From positions 64,001-128,000 of the forward strand of contig JBCBUK010000009.1 of the NCBI GenBank assembly GCA_039818205.1: a stretch of DNA of 64,000 nt, read 5' to 3'. A program made the position numbers and the translations under genes. This DNA is from Verrucomicrobiota bacterium. Its GTDB lineage: Bacteria; Verrucomicrobiota; Verrucomicrobiia; Opitutales; Cerasicoccaceae. Under the pieces are notes generated by a model. It had not been told where the DNA came from. It made no database searches and saw nothing but the letters and a program-made list of their open reading frames with translations. This document shows, piece by piece, positions 58,528 to 64,000 of this stretch (positions are counted from its first letter, which is position 1; each line of letters begins with the position of its first letter).

Positions 58528-59469
58528 CTAGGCTTCCTGATTTCCGCTTTCTCGATTCAGTGCACTGACCATGGCATCACTGATATCTTCCGTTGTCAAT
58601 TTCAGCTGTTCGGCAATCTCGTGGATGGTCACGGACTCGATATGGCGAATCACTTCGTCGGCGCGCGACACATCGATTAAGGCGCCCAAAGCATCCATGC
58701 GGTCCTTTCGGGTAGTTACGTCGTAAAATTCACGGGCAAGGCGGAGTAGGTCGACGCCCTGGGCTTCCTCGGAGAAAACAACCTGAGTCAAAAACTCAGC
58801 TTCTTTATCGGACAGATTCCATCGTTCGCCGACGGCTTTCTCAATCACGGTAACCTCAGATTGGGCTACTTCGTCATCGCTATTGGCGACACGCGCAAGG
58901 AGGCAGCCAAAGAGGATCAATCGCTGCTTTTCCTGTTGGGTGATATCTAAATTCAGGTCCTGTTCGGCAAAGCGATTTTCCAGCACCATGAGCAATTGCA
59001 GGCGATCGCCTTGGCCCAGGTCGATTACTTCATCGGGGCGGAGAGTCTGGCGCAGCGCGCTATCGCGGCGCTTGAGGGAGCCACGAATTGCCTCAGACAG
59101 ACCATCCAGGCTCTTGTCGGCTTCTTTGCGGAGGAGATAGGCAACCTCACGGATCGCTTCCTGCTCTTCGGTGGTGATCACACCATCCGCCATAAATACG
59201 CGGTTGGTAGCCTGGGTGATGAAATCTCGGTCCGCATCGCTGTTGATCAGGTCTTGGAGCTCTGTCAGCACCGCCCGGCGTTCCTCGCGGGTGATCTGCG
59301 ACTCCATGTAGGTTTCGAGTTCGCTCCATGCGTCCTCATCGATCCCTGGTAGGTGAAAAATGATGTCCTTTAGGCAATCAATCTCTTGGGGCTGGATTTT
59401 ACCATCGGCCCAAGCGGCCGCGAAAAGGGTCTTGCCGAGAATCAGGGAGAGTTGGTTTTGATGACTCAT
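58528..59469 (-). CDS. tandem TerB-like domain protein
   Basis: Repeated A.ADG.I...E motifs (AWADGKIQPQE, MADGVITTEE, ANSDDEVAQSE, RADEVI). Confidence 0.8.
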   Translation of the reverse strand: MSHQNQLSLILGKTLFAAAWADGKIQPQEIDCLKDIIFHLPGIDEDAWSELETYMESQITREERRAVLTELQDLINSDADRDFITQATNRVFMADGVITTEEQEAIREVAYLLRKEADKSLDGLSEAIRGSLKRRDSALRQTLRPDEVIDLGQGDRLQLLMVLENRFAEQDLNLDITQQEKQRLILFGCLLARVANSDDEVAQSEVTVIEKAVGERWNLSDKEAEFLTQVVFSEEAQGVDLLRLAREFYDVTTRKDRMDALGALIDVSRADEVIRHIESVTIHEIAEQLKLTTEDISDAMVSALNRESGNQEA

Positions 59470-59591
59470 GATGCGCTACGTCCGACGATGGAACAGAAAA
59501 AAGGTGAATGCAACAGTAACAACCCTGCCTCTATCGGTGAAGCATATTCTTTCCCCGAGAAATAAGAGGCGATCGGCAAATTCCCGCAGAA

Positions 59592-60464
59592 TTAACGGGT
59601 GAACAGCGCCTTGGTCAACAGCCAGAGCTTATCCGGGGTTTTGATTTTCGGACGTTGGGCGAGCGTATCGAATTTAAGTTCACGAATTTTTGATAAGATT
59701 TCGTTGCCGCCGAGCCAAGTTAGGCGGATCTCCAGGCTAAGCGGGAAGGGGAGCTCCTTCGACAAGGGGCGTCCTACATCGAACAGTGCTTGGGCACGTT
59801 TTACCTGGAGGTCGATACAAGCCCGCAGCTCAGGTGAGGCTGATTCGGCATCGAACATTTCCCGGGTGACCCCAAATTCGTCGCAGTCCTCCTCTGGGAT
59901 GTAAATTCGGCCCTCTTTACGAATATCGACGCCGATATCCTGCCAGAAATTGGCCAATTGCAGACCGGTGCATATGGCATCTGACCACTCAAAACGTTGT
60001 TCGTCGTGATGGTCGTGCAAGATTAAGACAAGCCGGCCGACAGGATTTGCGCTGCGGCGGCAATAGTCGAGCACGTCCAGGAATGTATCGTAGCTCAGGG
60101 TCTCGCAGTCCTGTTTGAAAGCGCTGAGTAGGTCGGTGAACAGTTCAACGGGAGCCTGAGTTCTGTCGATCGTGTCGGCTACCGCGGTAAAAATCCACTC
60201 GGTCTCCGGCTTCAGAGGGCCGCCCTCGACGGCATTCAGCAACTCTTCTTCGTAGGCATCCAACTGCGCAACGCGTTCCTCGGGGGTCGGGGCACCGTCT
60301 TCGCCCCAGCCCTCATCCGCGATATCGTCGGCGGTCCGGGCAAAGGCGTAGACTGCGGCCACAAAGGGGCGAATCCGGGCAGGGACGAGCCGCGCTACGG
60401 GAAAGTTTTCGTAGTGCGTGCGGGTCAATTCCAAGCAGCGGCGATAGGATTCCTCAACGGTCAT
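59592..60464 (-). CDS. hpnC: hydroxysqualene synthase HpnC
   Basis: HYENFPV, ARTADDIADEG, SANPVGR, QLANFWQD. Confidence 0.93.
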   Translation of the reverse strand: MTVEESYRRCLELTRTHYENFPVARLVPARIRPFVAAVYAFARTADDIADEGWGEDGAPTPEERVAQLDAYEEELLNAVEGGPLKPETEWIFTAVADTIDRTQAPVELFTDLLSAFKQDCETLSYDTFLDVLDYCRRSANPVGRLVLILHDHHDEQRFEWSDAICTGLQLANFWQDIGVDIRKEGRIYIPEEDCDEFGVTREMFDAESASPELRACIDLQVKRAQALFDVGRPLSKELPFPLSLEIRLTWLGGNEILSKIRELKFDTLAQRPKIKTPDKLWLLTKALFTR

Positions 60465-60774
60465 GAGCAGCAGTCAAACATCGCGGATAAAAGCGTTGTT
60501 GGGCAAAAACTCAAAGGGAAAATCCAAGCGAATTTCCTGATAGCGGTGAATCGCGGAGGTGTCTAGATGGCGAAGTCTCGCTGATATTCGCGTTGTTAGC
60601 CAAGACGAAACAGAGCAAGAAAAGGCAGCTTAGTTTGGTTTCGGCGAAATAAGCTAGGTCTAGCTGGAGTTCGTTAAGTTAGTCTTTGGGCAGCTGCTGT
60701 GGAGCGAGCTGCAACAGCGGCGTGCAGGTGCCAAACTGCAAAACTCTGGAATCAAGATTATACTTTCAGGTGCT

Positions 60775-61422
60775 CTATTGTTCGTCTTCTACTACGTTGT
60801 ACCTGTGATACTTTCCGAACAGTAGTGCCTGTATCCTCAGATCTGGTCGCAGCTTTGATTGGAAATTGGCTAGTTCATTTCTAGTTATCCTTCCGAAGAA
60901 TTCGTCGAGACTTACGCCGGCTCCGAGATCACTCGTTTGAAAAAAACGGAAACCTAGTTGTTTGTAAAACTTCTCCGTTCCGTTCCCCGCGCTGGTCATC
61001 CGAACTAACCAACTGCTTCGCTCGAGTGTTAGAAGCGAAAGCCGAAACGCGACGGACAAAGTTCCGAATCCATTGCCTTGCCATTTCGAATCGATGAGTC
61101 CGTATATGAGCCAAGCATTGTCGAAAGAATACTCTCCCACTTTAACTGTTTCAATATCAATCCCGCAGGTTCCGATAGTCTCACCTTCAGATTCTATCAC
61201 CAACTTTAGTGCGACATCTTCCTTTAGATATTTTTGGAACTCGCCTAGGCCATTGGGCGGAAAACGCCCCTGATCGACATTTTCGTAGATTTCGGAGCAT
61301 CTATCGAAATCAGTTTCACAGTATAAACGGAATCTTGCTTCCGGGAACGGCTTGCGAAAGCGCCTTTTGCTAAGCGTTCCGGTTCCGTGAAAAAATGATC
61401 GAAAACCCAATTCCCATTCCAT
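60775..61422 (-). CDS. GNAT family N-acetyltransferase (start uncertain)
   Basis: IGTCG, IDSKWQGNGFGT, FYKQLGF. Confidence 0.75.
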   Translation of the reverse strand: MEWELGFRSFFHGTGTLSKRRFRKPFPEARFRLYCETDFDRCSEIYENVDQGRFPPNGLGEFQKYLKEDVALKLVIESEGETIGTCGIDIETVKVGEYSFDNAWLIYGLIDSKWQGNGFGTLSVAFRLSLLTLERSSWLVRMTSAGNGTEKFYKQLGFRFFQTSDLGAGVSLDEFFGRITRNELANFQSKLRPDLRIQALLFGKYHRYNVVEDEQ

Positions 61423-61547
61423 CTCGGAGGAATTTAAAGCCGATTTGCGGAATGTCTACCCGGCATTTTGCGACTACGGTGGGTCTTTATGCGCTCAAAT
61501 ATTGCTGTGGACATTATGGCCGGGATTGCTACTTTCCTACGTTTTTC

Positions 61548-62030
61548 ATGAGTCCCGTACTAAAGTTGATCCTCGAAGGCGAGCCGCTGTCCACCGCGCA
61601 AATGGGCAAGGTTCTGAATATGTCGCGCGATGAAATCGAGGCGGAGCTGGAGCAGTTGAAGGAAGATGGCGTTCTCCTGGGATGGCGTCCGATCTTCAAC
61701 CCAGACTATGCGGGACCTGAAGAAGTACGAGCAGTGATCGAAGTGAAAATCAGCCCCGAGCGTGAGGGTGGTTTTGATCGTATTGCCGAGCGCATCAGCA
61801 AATTTGATCGAGTTGAGAGCTGCTATTTGATGTCGGGGGCCTACGACCTGCTCGTCGTGATTCGCTCTCAATCGCTTCAACGAGTCGCCTCCTTTGTGTT
61901 TGAAAAACTTGCGCCGATCGAAGGTGTGAATTCCACCGCGACTCATTTTATGCTCCGGGCATACAAAGAGCAAGGGCACCTTCTTTTGCGGCCCGCGGAA
62001 GCGGAGGCGAAGCCAGCAGTCAGTCCTTAA
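61548..62030 (+). CDS. Lrp/AsnC family regulator
   Basis: GFDRIAERI, CYLMSGAYDL, STATHF; ATG 61548. Confidence 0.92.
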   Translation: MSPVLKLILEGEPLSTAQMGKVLNMSRDEIEAELEQLKEDGVLLGWRPIFNPDYAGPEEVRAVIEVKISPEREGGFDRIAERISKFDRVESCYLMSGAYDLLVVIRSQSLQRVASFVFEKLAPIEGVNSTATHFMLRAYKEQGHLLLRPAEAEAKPAVSP

Positions 62031-62060
62031 TCCGACAACTCAACTCAATGAGAAATCTAA

Positions 62061-62101
62061 GGACTGGCGAAGGATCAACGATTCCGCCGGTCTTCTTTTT
62101 T
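62061..62101 (+). terminator. terminator-like hairpin between Lrp gene and aminotransferase
   Basis: GGACTGGCG...CGCCGGTCT stem with inner GGATC/GATTC, followed by TCTTTTTT. Confidence 0.55.
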
Positions 62102-62132
62102 ATGTATTCTGATTTTTAACCGTATAAATACC

Positions 62133-63326
62133 ATGAACTCCTCCTCTCAAAGATTCGTCGCCGATCACGTCGCCGGGCTGCCAAAGTCTGGAATACGTGA
62201 CTTTTTTGCGATCGTGTCACAGATGAAGGACGCCATTTCTCTCGGGATTGGCGAACCAGACTTTGTGACCCCATGGCATATTCGCGAGGCGGCGATCTAC
62301 GCGTTGGAGCAAGGGAAGACGAGTTATACGGACAACAAAGGACTGATTTCGCTCCGTCGGGAGATTTCCACTTACGTCCAGCGGTTTTTCGGGATCGAAT
62401 ACAACCCGGAGAATGAAGTGTTGGTGGCTGTCGGCGTGAGTGAGGCCTTGGACATTGCGTTGCGGGCGATTTTGAATCCGGGCGAAGCCGTTATCTACCA
62501 CGAGCCATGCTACGTGAGCTATAGCCCAAGCGTGAAGCTTTGCCACGCCCGAGCCATTCCGGTTGCTACGAGCGCTGATGATGATTTCGCCATCGATCCC
62601 GATCGCTTGATTGCTGCTTGGGAACCAGGCGTTAAGGCGATCCTCTTGAACTTCCCGACGAACCCGACCGGTGGCGTTACCGAACGAAAAAAACTGGAGC
62701 GGATTGCTAAGTTTGCGGAAGAGAAGGACCTGGTGGTCCTGGCCGACGAAATCTACGCTGAGCTCACCTACGACGGAGAACATGTCTCAATCGCCTCTTT
62801 CCCAGGTATGCGAGAGCGGACGATTTTTCTCCACGGCTTTTCCAAGGCATTTGCTATGACGGGATTCCGCATTGGCTATGCTTGTTCGACGCCGGAGCTA
62901 ATTGAGGCCATGATGAAAGTGCACCAGTATTCGATGATGTGTGCACCCATCTTGTCTCAAGAAGCTGCGTTGGAAGCACTCCGTAATGGCGAAGAGTCGG
63001 TCCTGCAGATGAAGGAACAATACCAGCAGCGTCGCGACTTCGTCTGCCGTCGGTTTAACGAAATCGGTCTTAAGTGCCACGTTCCCGCCGCGACTTTTTA
63101 TGCATTCCCGTCGGTTGAGGCAACCGGTTTGCAATCCATGGAATTTTGCCAGCAACTCCTCGATTCTGAAAAAGTCGCCGTCGTGCCAGGCACCGCTTTT
63201 GGGCCGAGTGGCGAGGGTTTCTTCCGCGCAAGCTTTTCGAACAGCTATGAGCAGTTGATCAAGGCTACCGACGCCATTGACCGGTTCGTGAATACGAAGG
63301 TTGCGTCCGAGACGGTGGCGAATTAA
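62133..63326 (+). CDS. class I/II PLP-dependent aminotransferase
   Basis: SGIRDFF, GEPDF, NPTG, DEIY, GFSKAFAMTGFRIG. Confidence 0.95.
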   Translation: MNSSSQRFVADHVAGLPKSGIRDFFAIVSQMKDAISLGIGEPDFVTPWHIREAAIYALEQGKTSYTDNKGLISLRREISTYVQRFFGIEYNPENEVLVAVGVSEALDIALRAILNPGEAVIYHEPCYVSYSPSVKLCHARAIPVATSADDDFAIDPDRLIAAWEPGVKAILLNFPTNPTGGVTERKKLERIAKFAEEKDLVVLADEIYAELTYDGEHVSIASFPGMRERTIFLHGFSKAFAMTGFRIGYACSTPELIEAMMKVHQYSMMCAPILSQEAALEALRNGEESVLQMKEQYQQRRDFVCRRFNEIGLKCHVPAATFYAFPSVEATGLQSMEFCQQLLDSEKVAVVPGTAFGPSGEGFFRASFSNSYEQLIKATDAIDRFVNTKVASETVAN

Positions 63327-63356
63327 GATAAAAGTCCATAAAATCAATCAGAGGAC

Positions 63357-64000
63357 ATGAAGGACAAAACCATATTTATCACCGGTGGTAACGCTGGCCT
63401 TGGATTGGCAACCGCCAAACTATTTGCTCAAAATGGTGCCAATGTCGCCATCGTTGCGCGTCGGGTGGAGCAAAATGAAATCGCGGTAAAAGCAGTCAAA
63501 GAATTTGGTGTTGGATGCATTTCCTTTGCTGGCGACGTGACGGATGAAGCTTTTATCCGTAATGCGGTAGCAACCACCAAAAATGAGTTCGGTGGTCTTC
63601 ATTACGTATTTAACAATGCTGGCGTTGAGCAGCTATCGACTCCGCTGCCCGAGCAGACTGTTGAGGACTATCGGCGTATCATGGATGTGAATGTTATGGG
63701 CGTTTGGCTCGTGATGCGTGAAACTGCGCCGGTCATCAAGGAGTCCGGTGGTGGTTGTATCGTAAACACATCCTCGATCCTCGGCCATATTGGTTTTGCA
63801 ATGGTTCCACTCTACAATGCCTCGAAACACGCGGTTATTGGTCTCACAAAATCGGTCGCTTTGGAATACGCACAACAAGGAGTTCGCGTAAATTCCGTTA
63901 GCCCGGCCGTTGTGAGAACTGACCTCTTCGACCGCTTTGCTGGGGGCGATGCCGAATTGGTGCAGGCCATGGAAGCGATGCATCCGATGGGCAGAAGCGG
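63357..64000 (+). CDS. SDR family oxidoreductase (runs off window end)
   Basis: Manual translation [16 protein letters not shown]...FNNAG...[13 protein letters not shown] Shine-Dalgarno-like sequence just upstream. Not in the ORF track. Confidence 0.93.
   Translation, partial: MKDKTIFITGGNAGLGLATAKLFAQNGANVAIVARRVEQNEIAVKAVKEFGVGCISFAGDVTDEAFIRNAVATTKNEFGGLHYVFNNAGVEQLSTPLPEQTVEDYRRIMDVNVMGVWLVMRETAPVIKESGGGCIVNTSSILGHIGFAMVPLYNASKHAVIGLTKSVALEYAQQGVRVNSVSPAVVRTDLFDRFAGGDAELVQAMEAMHPMGRS

Noticed and set aside
60465..60775. Integron attC or ncRNA after the AT-rich GNAT gene
   Set aside because: Only weak hairpins; no properly paired RYYYAAC/GTTRRRY ends and no integrase
62048..62119. Phe-rich mini-ORF MRNLRTGEGSTIPPVFFFMYSDF
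   Set aside because: Phe codons are simply the terminator U-tract; no independent support

Overview
Bacterial chromosomal window, most likely Verrucomicrobiota (Opitutales/Puniceicoccaceae-like); this is inferred from gene content and protein style only. Most of it is housekeeping: rpmI-rplT-pheS-pheT, leuA, thiL, pyrR-pyrB-pyrC, fabI, trpC, rsmA, panC, orn, apt, secA, hpnC and hpnD-hpnE. I saw no rRNA, tRNA, CRISPR array or transposase. The main accessory locus (8.6-14.1 kb) is two tandem paralogous four-gene minor-pilin modules. In both, a PilX-like protein is followed by a separate signal-peptide-bearing protein that looks like the distal domain of a larger PilX adhesin. The locus is divergent from a DosR/NarL-like two-component system. 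Other notable observations: a glycerophosphodiesterase gene bracketed by an exact 14-bp direct repeat; a PyrC lacking two metal-ligand aspartates (probable pseudo-enzyme); an HpnD-HpnE fusion; a Leu-rich leader peptide before leuA; a NasS-like protein with a sigma54-like promoter facing a LysR gene; an orphan ParB-like protein; and an LptF gene that seems to need a non-canonical start codon. All family calls come from motif recognition; no database search was run.
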